A stretch of DNA of 64,000 nt from Alphaproteobacteria bacterium (GTDB taxonomy: Bacteria > Pseudomonadota > Alphaproteobacteria > RF32 > CAG-239), in the NCBI GenBank assembly GCA_045615365.1, contig JAZLEQ010000018.1, positions 14,350-78,349 on the forward strand, given 5' to 3'. Positions 18,410 through 27,726 of this stretch are shown here, piece by piece. The notes beneath the pieces are model-generated. The model saw only the letters and a program-made list of their open reading frames with translations, did not search any database and was not told the origin of the DNA. Numbering within the stretch: position 1 is the stretch's first letter; the number at the start of each line of letters is the position of its first letter. A program made the translations under genes and the position numbers.

Positions 18410-20236
18410 TTATTTTTTCATAAGTCTGATATCAATTTTGCGATAAACAACAAACCCTGCAAATACCACCAAAAACGTTAAACCTAATATCACAATCATA
18501 GCAAAAATATTATACAATACGTTTGTTCTTTCTTTTATATCATATAACAATTTCTGCAACTCATATTCCAGCTCTACTTCATCCTTCACAAAACCTTCAT
18601 TTTCTTTTATTTCTTTCAATGAAAGTTGCATTTTATTTTCCAATTTATATTTAAAATTCTTCAATTGTTTTTTGATTGTTATCAATTTTTCATATAAATG
18701 GCTTTGCTTTTGTTCAAAACTTTCTCTTGCAACATCCTCAAAATAACCTATCAAATTTTTCTTCATTCGTTCTTTTTTTTGCAAATCAACACTAACAAAA
18801 CCACTGCCTGACATATAATCCAATGTATTTGCCAAAAATTTAAAATTATCAGATGCACGATATTTATTATTCAAAACAAAAGCCCTTCTATTCAACAACT
18901 CTTCCGACAAAATATCATTATCGGCGACCAGTAAAAGCTTTCCTTCATTAACCGATGATGCCAAAAATGCTGGAATTCTATCTACAATACTCTGTTTACT
19001 AAAGGGATTTTTCTGAAATAATGAATTAAATTTTCCTTCAAACAAAACAGCTAAAGGATAAATTTCATCACTGTTTCTATATTCTTGCAAATAGTTTTCA
19101 TATGTTAAATAGTGCAAAAACTCTGTTCTCAAAACTTTTGGATTATTTTCCGCCTCAAACAATATTGTCACATTTTCGTCAACATCATTAATTCTGAAGT
19201 ATCCGGACCGATTTAAATACAGCTCATTAACCCCGTTCAAAATCTGATGTTTTTTAGTTTCATCAAACTCCACAACCATTTTAAATGAATCATCAAGCTG
19301 ATTTATCCCCAATTTCATCATATCAAAATTATTATCATTCCCGACTATATTGTCGGCTACATATTCCACATTAAAATTACGTAAAAAATTATTAAATCCG
19401 CTTTCATATCTGATAAAATTGTTTTTGTATTTATAGCGTTCAACCGAATAAGCATCAAAATAAATTATTACCTTTCCGCCATTCATCAAAAACTGATCGG
19501 TTGCATAAACTGCAGCAAAATTTACGACAACCGGATATGTAATCAACAAAACGTCAACATCATCATCTATTGCAGGCTCATATTCATAAACTTCTTTAAC
19601 CTTATATCCCAAATCTTCAACATATTTTGCAACAGGCAAAGAAAATTCACCTTTTTCATTTCTCATGTCAAAATACGGCGACATAATTCCGACAATATAA
19701 TCTTTTTTATTTGCCAAAACCGACAATTTTCCGGTTATATCTCTTTCTGCAAAACTTATTCGTTCCGGTAAAAATTTAGGGATTGATAAAACCTTACCGT
19801 ATTTATTAGTAAAACTGGCTCCGAAATAAATAAACTCATCGGAATCATAAAAATTCTTCACACCTGACTTTTCGGCTTCAGCTTGCGAATTTTCAAAAGG
19901 CACTGTTTCAACCACTATCAAATCAATCGCGCCGGAACTTTTTCTTTTATATTCTTCCAACAACTTTCTTATATAAATTGCATAAGCACCTAATTTCTTA
20001 TCTTTGTCCAAATCTTTACTCACATACAACTTAATCACCAATGGTGCAGTGTTTTTTTTCAAGAAATCTTTTGTTTTTGCTGATAATGTATATTTTTTAT
20101 CCGGTGTAACATCCCAAGAAAATGCTTCAAACAAAAAGAAGTTTGTCAAATTTGCAGCAACAAAAAATATCCCGATTGTAATAATCAAAATTGATAAATC
20201 AATATATTTGTTTATTTTGTTTTTTATCATAATCAT
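18410..20236 (-). CDS. GldG-like ABC-transporter auxiliary protein
   Basis: About 608 aa with TM helices at both ends and a large extracytoplasmic domain. Follows ABC-2 permease and ATPase genes in the same order as gldA-gldF-gldG. ATG 20236 overlaps the upstream stop (TGATG). Confidence 0.6.
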   Translation of the reverse strand: MIMIKNKINKYIDLSILIITIGIFFVAANLTNFFLFEAFSWDVTPDKKYTLSAKTKDFLKKNTAPLVIKLYVSKDLDKDKKLGAYAIYIRKLLEEYKRKSSGAIDLIVVETVPFENSQAEAEKSGVKNFYDSDEFIYFGASFTNKYGKVLSIPKFLPERISFAERDITGKLSVLANKKDYIVGIMSPYFDMRNEKGEFSLPVAKYVEDLGYKVKEVYEYEPAIDDDVDVLLITYPVVVNFAAVYATDQFLMNGGKVIIYFDAYSVERYKYKNNFIRYESGFNNFLRNFNVEYVADNIVGNDNNFDMMKLGINQLDDSFKMVVEFDETKKHQILNGVNELYLNRSGYFRINDVDENVTILFEAENNPKVLRTEFLHYLTYENYLQEYRNSDEIYPLAVLFEGKFNSLFQKNPFSKQSIVDRIPAFLASSVNEGKLLLVADNDILSEELLNRRAFVLNNKYRASDNFKFLANTLDYMSGSGFVSVDLQKKERMKKNLIGYFEDVARESFEQKQSHLYEKLITIKKQLKNFKYKLENKMQLSLKEIKENEGFVKDEVELEYELQKLLYDIKERTNVLYNIFAMIVILGLTFLVVFAGFVVYRKIDIRLMKK

Positions 20237-20970
20237 CAATTCCTCTTATATTTTACAACCACATCCGAAACAATTAAGGCGAATGATACAATCAATACAA
20301 AGAGCAATACCGATGCCATGTTTATTTGTCCCGAAACCAAAATCAAATATTGCTCCATAAAACCAAACATATTAACAAATCCGATTAAAGGCATATTTTC
20401 CGGCATAAAATAAATCAACCATTTTCCTATCGGCAACCAAACAACACTCAAACATAAAGCCATACCTATCAAAAATGCGCCCAATGCATTATAACAAATA
20501 CTGGCAGCCATTAAGCCTAACGCACATAAACTTCCGCCGACTAAAAACAAAGAAACATAATTCAACAATATCCAAAAATTTGCCAATTCTAAAATATTGG
20601 CCAAAACAATCCACCCCGGAACAGAAACCGCCAACATCAGTCCCGCCACACTCCATACCGCCAGAAATTTTCCTACAATAATAGCACTTAATTTTACAGG
20701 CAATGAAAGAGTTATTTCCAAAGTGTTGTTTTTATATTCATCAGCCCATATCCTCATGGTTATTGCCGGAATTGTGAACATCATTAAAAAAGGTTGAACA
20801 TAAAAAAACTGATACAAATTTTCCGTAGTGTTAACCATTGCGTCAGAAGCATAAAAAAACACTCCCCAACTTATTGTTGTATAAACAAACATCAATAAAA
20901 ATATCATCTTATTTCTGAAATAAGCATTAAATTCTTTCCGAAAAACAATTTTTACATCACCAAACATCAT
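20236..20970 (-). CDS. ABC-2 type permease (GldF-like)
   Basis: About 244 aa polytopic membrane protein. AGGGTGG SD lies before ATG 20970 (track start is TTG 20973). Confidence 0.65.
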   Translation of the reverse strand: MMFGDVKIVFRKEFNAYFRNKMIFLLMFVYTTISWGVFFYASDAMVNTTENLYQFFYVQPFLMMFTIPAITMRIWADEYKNNTLEITLSLPVKLSAIIVGKFLAVWSVAGLMLAVSVPGWIVLANILELANFWILLNYVSLFLVGGSLCALGLMAASICYNALGAFLIGMALCLSVVWLPIGKWLIYFMPENMPLIGFVNMFGFMEQYLILVSGQINMASVLLFVLIVSFALIVSDVVVKYKRN

Positions 20971-20981
20971 CAACCACCCTG

Positions 20982-21716
20982 TTAATTACCTATAATAGCG
21001 GAAAATGCTTCTTCAATTTTATTTTGGGCAGCAAATTTTTTCAAGTTATCTGCCGTTGAATCACATATTATTTTACCGTTTTTAATCATTAAAACCCTAT
21101 CAGCCAAAATATCAACTTCTTCCATAACATGAGTTGTAATCAGAACTGTTGCGTTTTTTCCATAATTTTGCAACACTTTTCGCAATTGTTTTTTTTGTTT
21201 AGGGTCCAATCCTTCGGTCGGTTCATCCAAAATAAGCACATCAGGATTTGAAACCAATGCACCTGCAATAACCACCCTTCTCTTATATCCTTTGGATAAT
21301 TTTTCACATTTTGTATCAACTACCGATTCTAAATCCAAAATCCTAAGTAGATTTTCAATATTTTCATTCATCATCTTTTCATCGGTATGTTTAACTTTTG
21401 CCATATATTTCAAATATTCAAAGACAGTCATTTCCGGAAAAAATCCGCCCCATTCGGGAACATACGACATCTTGCTCAAACAAAATTCTCTATTTTCCTC
21501 CAACAACTTATCATCATAAGAAATTTGCCCTTTATCTGCTTCATAAAAACCTGTCATACAACGTATAAGCGTTGTTTTTCCTGCACCGTTAGGTCCGACC
21601 AGCGCCGTTACTTCTCCTTTTTTAAGACATATGTTTATATCTTGTAAAATTTCTTTTTTACCGAGAACTTTCGTAAGATTTTTAATCATCAACATCGTTT
21701 TTTTCCTAAAAAACAT
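20982..21716 (-). CDS. ABC transporter ATP-binding protein (GldA-like)
   Basis: Walker A GPNGAGKTT, signature LSKGYKRR, Walker B LILDEPTEGLD. The more likely start is ATG 21695 (MLMIKNLTK, AGGA upstream). Confidence 0.88.
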   Translation of the reverse strand: MFFRKKTMLMIKNLTKVLGKKEILQDINICLKKGEVTALVGPNGAGKTTLIRCMTGFYEADKGQISYDDKLLEENREFCLSKMSYVPEWGGFFPEMTVFEYLKYMAKVKHTDEKMMNENIENLLRILDLESVVDTKCEKLSKGYKRRVVIAGALVSNPDVLILDEPTEGLDPKQKKQLRKVLQNYGKNATVLITTHVMEEVDILADRVLMIKNGKIICDSTADNLKKFAAQNKIEEAFSAIIGN

Positions 21717-21853
21717 CCAATTTCTTTAGTAAGTTAACACACATTTATTTAAATTTTAACAATTATTTTCATTTTTCAAAATCTTTGATGACAAAATAAT
21801 AATTTTATTTTATACATAGAATAAATTTAATATTTCGGAAACATATCAAAAAA

Positions 21854-22363
21854 ATGAAAATACTTGAAATTTATAACAAAGACGAACTTAAAAACCTCAA
21901 AATGGGGCTAAATGCCATTTTGGCAATAATCCTAATTTTCGGCTTGATTATAGCATCAAGAAACGATATCGGGCACAAAGAAGGCGGCAAATACTACGAA
22001 CTTTACGCTCGTTTTAATAGAACCGACGGACTTCTGGTCGGCGACATTGTTCGTTTGGCCGGAATGGATATAGGCAGAGTTGTTGACGCCAAACTTGATA
22101 ACAACTTCAAAGCAATATTAAAAATGGAAATCAAAGAAAGCATCCTTATTCCCGATGACAGTTCGGCTTCCATAGTCAGCTCAGGCATAATGGGAGCTAA
22201 ATATATTGAAATTGAACCGGGTGGCTCTGAAGATTACCTTTCTGCAGGCAACGAATTTTCTTACACACAAGATGCAATGGTTATTGAAGAATTAATTGAA
22301 CGAATTATCGGAATTGGCAAAGCCAATCGCCAACAAAACAAGGAGAAAACCACAAATGATTAA
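21854..22363 (+). CDS. MlaD/MCE-domain protein 1
   Basis: 169 aa: N-terminal TM helix followed by an MCE fold signature (F....GL..G..VRLAG..IG.V). Confidence 0.75.
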   Translation: MKILEIYNKDELKNLKMGLNAILAIILIFGLIIASRNDIGHKEGGKYYELYARFNRTDGLLVGDIVRLAGMDIGRVVDAKLDNNFKAILKMEIKESILIPDDSSASIVSSGIMGAKYIEIEPGGSEDYLSAGNEFSYTQDAMVIEELIERIIGIGKANRQQNKEKTTND

Positions 22364-22826
22364 ATTTGAATTTTTAGCATACAAACGCCCTGTTGAAACC
22401 ATAATGGGAATTTTGGTTTTGGCTGTTGCCGTTCTTTTTTGCTACTTTGCCTATAATGTATCCGACCTTCAAGTTGTAAAAGGATATAATATAACAGCCA
22501 ATTTCTTAAAAGTCGGTGGCCTTAATATAGGTTCAGATGTCCGCATCAACGGAATTAAAATAGGAACTGTCGTAAACCAAAAACTTGATGATGACTATAC
22601 TGCAAAAGTTGTAATGAGTATTTCGCCAAACATCAAACTGCCTGTTGACAGTGTTGTATCAATCGTTTCTGACGGTTTAATCGGCAATAAGTTTGTAAAA
22701 ATTGATCCTGGCCACGATAAAGAAATATTAAAAGATGGCGATATCATCAAAAACACCAAAGATTTCAAAACAATTGAAGATTTGGTTGGCGAAGTAATCT
22801 TTATGGTAACCGGCAACGATGAATAA
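22356..22826 (+). CDS. MlaD/MCE-domain protein 2
   Basis: Start re-called to ATG 22356 (AGGAG upstream), overlapping the stop of the first MlaD gene. TM helix plus MCE motif (F.KVGGLNIGSDVRINGIKIGTV). Confidence 0.75.
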   Translation: MIKFEFLAYKRPVETIMGILVLAVAVLFCYFAYNVSDLQVVKGYNITANFLKVGGLNIGSDVRINGIKIGTVVNQKLDDDYTAKVVMSISPNIKLPVDSVVSIVSDGLIGNKFVKIDPGHDKEILKDGDIIKNTKDFKTIEDLVGEVIFMVTGNDE

Positions 22827-23559
22827 ATTTAAAAAAATTCTTTTTTCTACGGCGTTGTGTTCAATAGCAACAACCTCAAATGCAGCCGATATTGAAACAA
22901 ATACCGCTCGTTTTCAAGCCATAAACAAAATCACCGGTCAAGTTCAAGAAATTGATGTTTCGATTAACGGATTAGCCAACTTTGAAACTTTTTCCATTCT
23001 GGTTCGCAAATGTGTAACCAGATCACCGGAAGACACCCCCGAAAACACCGCATTTGTTGATGTGGTCGACGATTATCAAACATCAAATCCTGTCAACATA
23101 TTTAAAGGTTGGATGTTTTCATCAACCCCTGGAATAAATGGTGTAGAACACCCAATTTACGACATTTGGTTATTAAAATGCTACAACAGCAATAAAAAAA
23201 GTCCGTCTCTTTCAGAAGAACAATTGGCTCTGCGCGACGAAATTCCTATGAAACGTCATGAAAAAATTGAACAAAGAATCAATTTATCAATGTCAGAAAA
23301 CGATTATGTTTTACCTGAAAAAGAAACAAAAGAAGAAGCAAACAACGAATCATCTGTTTCGGAAATCTCAGATGATACACAAAATAATATTCTTCAAATT
23401 AAATTATCTGATACAACTTCTTCCGAAACATTAAAGAACACCGATGAAGAACCTAAAGACGATAATAATTTCATATCTGAAGGTGAAGAACCTGATATTA
23501 TGGGTGAACCGGAAGAAATAGTAATCAATGAGGCAGCAGAAACATCTTCTTCAAATTAA
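22819..23559 (+). CDS. DUF2155-like secreted protein with acidic low-complexity C-terminal tail
   Basis: Signal peptide, then ARFQAINKITGQV...CVTRSPEDTPENTAFVDV...FKGWMFSSTPGINGVEHPIYDIWLLKC, which matches my recollection of DUF2155. The last roughly 90 aa are rich in E/D/S/N. Its start overlaps the mlaD2 stop. Confidence 0.6.
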   Translation: MNKFKKILFSTALCSIATTSNAADIETNTARFQAINKITGQVQEIDVSINGLANFETFSILVRKCVTRSPEDTPENTAFVDVVDDYQTSNPVNIFKGWMFSSTPGINGVEHPIYDIWLLKCYNSNKKSPSLSEEQLALRDEIPMKRHEKIEQRINLSMSENDYVLPEKETKEEANNESSVSEISDDTQNNILQIKLSDTTSSETLKNTDEEPKDDNNFISEGEEPDIMGEPEEIVINEAAETSSSN

Positions 23560-23592
23560 AAAAAAGAGCTTTGTTTTCAAAGCTCTTTTTTT
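23559..23592. terminator. Bidirectional terminator between DUF2155-like gene and trkH
   Basis: Stem AAAAAGAGCTTTG / CAAAGCTCTTTTT, loop TTTT, flanked by A- and T-runs. Confidence 0.65.
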
Positions 23593-25029
23593 TTAATTTC
23601 TCCAAAAACTCTTAGTAAACAAAACCAATATGGTCAAAACTTCCAAACGTCCTAAAATCATTGTAAACGAAAGCAAAAGCTTAACATAATCAGCCAACCC
23701 CGAATAATTACCTGCAGGACCTATCATCGGAGTATTTCCCGGACCTGAATTTGTAATACAAGCAATTGTTGCACTAAATGCTGTTGAAAAATCAATTCCG
23801 CTTAATGCTATTAATATCGTAATTACGGCAACACTAAAAGCATAAGCTATAAAAAATACAAATATTGAATTTGAAATTTCATAACCGACCGTAGCACCAT
23901 CAACCTTCAAAGGCATCAAACGATTCGGTTCGGTTGTTGTAATAAACGTTTTCTTCAACTGAGCTAAAATAACCTGCCATCTGAAAATCTTTACACCACC
24001 TGAAGTTGAACCGGTACATCCTCCCGTTAATGCAAATATAACAAACACCGTTGCTGCAAAATTTCCCCAATCAAGCCAATTTGCCGAACTATATCCGGTT
24101 GAAGTTACAATAGAAAAGATATTAAAGGTTGCATATCTCAAAGCATCAAACGGATTATAAACTTTTTCAAAAACCAACCATATAGTAACCACAAGCACAT
24201 ACAAAGACAAAACACCGACAAATGCTTTAACCTGATTCAACCTCATAAAATGAACATCTTTATTTGCCAACAAGCTATGATATAAAGTCAAAGGAATTGC
24301 TCCCAAAAACATAAACAAAACAATAATCCATTCAACAGACGCATTATTAAAATACGCAATAGAGTTATTCTTTGTAGAAAAACCTCCGGTAGATACAGTA
24401 GTTAATGTGTGGCATAAAGCATCGAACCACCCCATTCCGGCAATTTTTAACAATATAAGACATACAGCAAACATAACCCCGTAAACCAACAAAATTCTTT
24501 TGGCTATATAACTGATTTTAGGCATAAACTTTTCATTGACATCAGAATTTTCTCTTTGAAAAATTTGCATTCCGCCAATACCTAAAAAAGGAAGCATTGC
24601 AATTGCAAAAATAACAATACCTACCCCACCCATTCCGCTGAGCAACGCTCGCCATAACAATATTGATTTCGGCAACTTTTCAACATCTGCGTAAATAGAG
24701 GCTCCCGTTGTTGAAACACCTGATGCCGCTTCAAATATTGCGTCAACAACAGGCGTTCCATAAAAAATAAAAGGCAATGCGGCAAACAATGAAACCAAAA
24801 TCCAACTCAATGCTGTCAGCAAATAAGCCTGTCTTATGGACAAATCTTTAATTTTTCCTCTATTTGCCAAAAACAACGACAAACCGACAAAAACAGCAAT
24901 AATAGCCGAATTTATAAATAATGACCAATTCATTTTATTATAATAAATATCAACTGCTGCCGGAACAAGCATTGCTATTCCCAACATCCCGACAAAATAG
25001 CCGCAAATCATTAAAACCGGTTGCCACAT
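23593..25029 (-). CDS. trkH: Potassium uptake protein TrkH/KtrB family
   Basis: 478 aa polytopic protein with repeated pore-loop glycine motifs (STTGAS, VSTGGFS, TSTGYS, NSGPGN). Confidence 0.85.
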   Translation of the reverse strand: MWQPVLMICGYFVGMLGIAMLVPAAVDIYYNKMNWSLFINSAIIAVFVGLSLFLANRGKIKDLSIRQAYLLTALSWILVSLFAALPFIFYGTPVVDAIFEAASGVSTTGASIYADVEKLPKSILLWRALLSGMGGVGIVIFAIAMLPFLGIGGMQIFQRENSDVNEKFMPKISYIAKRILLVYGVMFAVCLILLKIAGMGWFDALCHTLTTVSTGGFSTKNNSIAYFNNASVEWIIVLFMFLGAIPLTLYHSLLANKDVHFMRLNQVKAFVGVLSLYVLVVTIWLVFEKVYNPFDALRYATFNIFSIVTSTGYSSANWLDWGNFAATVFVIFALTGGCTGSTSGGVKIFRWQVILAQLKKTFITTTEPNRLMPLKVDGATVGYEISNSIFVFFIAYAFSVAVITILIALSGIDFSTAFSATIACITNSGPGNTPMIGPAGNYSGLADYVKLLLSFTMILGRLEVLTILVLFTKSFWRN

Positions 25030-25042
25030 ATATTAATAACCT

Positions 25043-25861
25043 CTAGTAAAGAGCAATATTTTCCGAAAATTTCATATCAACCAACTTTTGGTTAATACTC
25101 TCACCTTCACAAACGCAAACGGCAGTCGCAACATTTACATTTGTATATGCTACAATCTTACATTCAGTGTTTTTTCCTTCATAATTTTCATACATAAATT
25201 TTGTAGCATTCACATATTCACGAGTATTCGGAACGACATAAGTTCCGTAAAGGAACATTTTTTTAGAATTAACAATTATCTCATTTGGTGTTATAACTTC
25301 AGTCAATCCATAAACAACTTCCGGTTTTTCCAAATAATCCAATCCGTAATCGTCAGATTTTTTATACGAAAATAATAATCTTTTTGTATGAACCGGTTCT
25401 GTTTTTTCCACATTGTTAATCGGCTTCGAATCAACATTCGGATTAAATTTCACAATTTTATTATCATCGGCCAACAATTTTCGTTTAGCATTAACACCTA
25501 CATCATAATCCACTAAATCAACGTTTTTGATTTCATTCTTTTTAAAAACCTCGTTTTTTTCCACCTTATTTTTTTCTGCAACAGATTTATTCATCAATTT
25601 TTCTTCAACAAATGCCTCGGTTTTTCCGAAATATTTATTAAATTGCTGTTTATACCATTCACCCATTTGGTCAAATTCCACTCCGAACGATGCAGGCAAA
25701 ATAAATATAATCAAAACAATTATAATAATTCCCACCAAAAATCTTTTCGGATATATAAACGGAAATAAAATAAATCTGAAAAAGTTTTTAGCCAATTTCA
25801 TAAAACCGGTGCTTGGTCCGATTGCATCATCTGCTTTTCTTTTTTTTCTAAAACCGAACAT
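25043..25861 (-). CDS. Hypothetical membrane-anchored protein
   Basis: 272 aa: basic N-terminus, one TM helix (FLVGIIIIVLIIFILPASF), a Lys/Asn-rich linker and a C-terminal roughly 100-aa globular region. The ATG overlaps the metG stop by 1 nt (TAATG). Confidence 0.5.
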   Translation of the reverse strand: MFGFRKKRKADDAIGPSTGFMKLAKNFFRFILFPFIYPKRFLVGIIIIVLIIFILPASFGVEFDQMGEWYKQQFNKYFGKTEAFVEEKLMNKSVAEKNKVEKNEVFKKNEIKNVDLVDYDVGVNAKRKLLADDNKIVKFNPNVDSKPINNVEKTEPVHTKRLLFSYKKSDDYGLDYLEKPEVVYGLTEVITPNEIIVNSKKMFLYGTYVVPNTREYVNATKFMYENYEGKNTECKIVAYTNVNVATAVCVCEGESINQKLVDMKFSENIALY

Positions 25862-27549
25862 TATTTAGAACTCCCATATTTTTGTTTCAGTTCTTCAATT
25901 TTTTCCGGAGCGATTCTTTCAAAAAGCATTTCTCCCACTTCAAAGCTTTCACCACCTTTAAGGGTGTTCATTTCTTTTTTAACATCAAAGTCTTTCAAAG
26001 AAACCATTTTTCCGCCAACTTTATTAAGCATATTTTGCGCCACAGTTGGCATGATTGGAGCTGACAATATTGCAAAAATTCTAATTAAATTTATACAATT
26101 ACGCAGAATAACCTTTGCTCTTTGCTCATCGTTTTTAATCACCACCCAAGGTTCGGTAACCGAGATATAGTTATTTCCTTCAACCCAAATAGCTCGCAAT
26201 TCGGCCAAAGCCTTGCGGAATTCCATATTTTCCATATACTTAATATAATCATTAACTTTAATTTGTAAATTATCAATCAGTTCATTATCAACTGTTTCAT
26301 TTTCGCCACCTTCCGGCACAACATCACCAAGCTTTGAAGATGTCATTTTCAAAACACGCGAAACAAAATTACCCAGAACTCCGTTCAAATCTTTATTAAT
26401 TGCACCGCTGAACAGATCCCAAGTAAATGCCGAATCCGAACTTTCCGGAGCATTTGCCATCAACCAATACCTCCAATAATCTGCCGGAAATTCTTTAACT
26501 GCATCCTCGGCAAAAACACCTCTGTTTTCCGATTTTGAAAATTTACCGCCTTCATAAGTCAAATAGCTAAATCCTTTCAAGAAATCGACCTGTGTCCAGT
26601 TTTCTTTTGTTCCCAACAATGTAGCCGGAAATGTAATTGAATGATATGGAACATTGTCCTTTCCCATAAATTCGACATGACGCACTTCCTTAGGATTCAT
26701 CCACCAATCTTTCCAATTACGCTCTGCCGGATTTTCTGCTTCCCATTGTTTTGTAATTCCCACATAACCGATTGGAGCATCAAACCAAACATAAAAAACC
26801 TTATCATCAAACCCCTCCTTATTAACGGGGAAGCCCCATTTCAAATCTCTTGTAATACAACGAGCCTGCAAACCTTCTTTAAGCCATTTCTGTGCAATTG
26901 TATAAGCAACTTCCGGCCAAAACGGCTCTTTAGTTTTCACCCATTCACCCAATTCTTTTTCCAATTTTGGCAAATTAAGGAATAAATGTTTAGTTTCTCT
27001 CACTTCCAAATTTTTTGAACCTGAAATTGCACTTTTTGCATCTTTCAATTCTGTCGGCTCCAAAACTTTAGTACAATTTTCACATTGATCTCCCCTAGCC
27101 TTTTCATAACCGCAATGAGGACAAGTTCCGGTAATATATCTGTCTGCCAAAAACATCTTATCATCAACTGAATAAACTTGTTTAATCACTCTTTCTTCAA
27201 TATAACCGTTTTTATCCAACTGTTCAAAGATATGATAAGTTGCTTCTTTATTTTCTGTTGAAGAAGTTCTGCCGAAGAAATCAAACGACAAATTAAAATC
27301 TTTATATGTCTGAGCATGTCTTTTATGATACATATCACAATATTCCTGCACACCCATTCCGGCATTAAGCGCACCAACTTCCGATGTTGTCCCATGTTCA
27401 TCGGTTCCGCCTATGTATAAAACCTCGTTTTCCATCATACGCATAAATCTGGCATATATATCCGAAGGCAACAAACACCCAACCATATGCCCCAAATGAG
27501 GAACACCATTAATATATGGCAACGCAGATGTAACTAAGATTTTAGACAT
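25861..27549 (-). CDS. metG: Methionyl-tRNA synthetase
   Basis: MSKILVTSALPYINGVPHLGH (HIGH motif), KFSKS (KMSKS motif) and zinc knuckle CPHCGY...CENC. Start re-called to ATG 27549; the track start is TTG 27588. Confidence 0.93.
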   Translation of the reverse strand: MSKILVTSALPYINGVPHLGHMVGCLLPSDIYARFMRMMENEVLYIGGTDEHGTTSEVGALNAGMGVQEYCDMYHKRHAQTYKDFNLSFDFFGRTSSTENKEATYHIFEQLDKNGYIEERVIKQVYSVDDKMFLADRYITGTCPHCGYEKARGDQCENCTKVLEPTELKDAKSAISGSKNLEVRETKHLFLNLPKLEKELGEWVKTKEPFWPEVAYTIAQKWLKEGLQARCITRDLKWGFPVNKEGFDDKVFYVWFDAPIGYVGITKQWEAENPAERNWKDWWMNPKEVRHVEFMGKDNVPYHSITFPATLLGTKENWTQVDFLKGFSYLTYEGGKFSKSENRGVFAEDAVKEFPADYWRYWLMANAPESSDSAFTWDLFSGAINKDLNGVLGNFVSRVLKMTSSKLGDVVPEGGENETVDNELIDNLQIKVNDYIKYMENMEFRKALAELRAIWVEGNNYISVTEPWVVIKNDEQRAKVILRNCINLIRIFAILSAPIMPTVAQNMLNKVGGKMVSLKDFDVKKEMNTLKGGESFEVGEMLFERIAPEKIEELKQKYGSSK

Positions 27550-27674
27550 TTTATTAAAACTCCCATTTTTATCATTATTTTTCCTCAATCAATTTACATC
27601 ATTTTCTACAATTCTCAAGCAAAAAACACATCTCAAACGAAGTTTTATACATTTTTATTAACAAAAAAAATCCC

Positions 27675-27702
27675 TTGACAAATTGACAAAAAAAACTAGG
27701 AT
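27675..27702 (+). promoter_or_regulatory. Candidate sigma70-type promoter for adk
   Basis: TTGACA (27675-27680), 16-nt spacer, TAGGAT (27697-27702), about 25 nt before the adk ATG. Sequence pattern only. Confidence 0.3.
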
Positions 27703-27726
27703 AACCCCAACCTTAATTTTATAATT

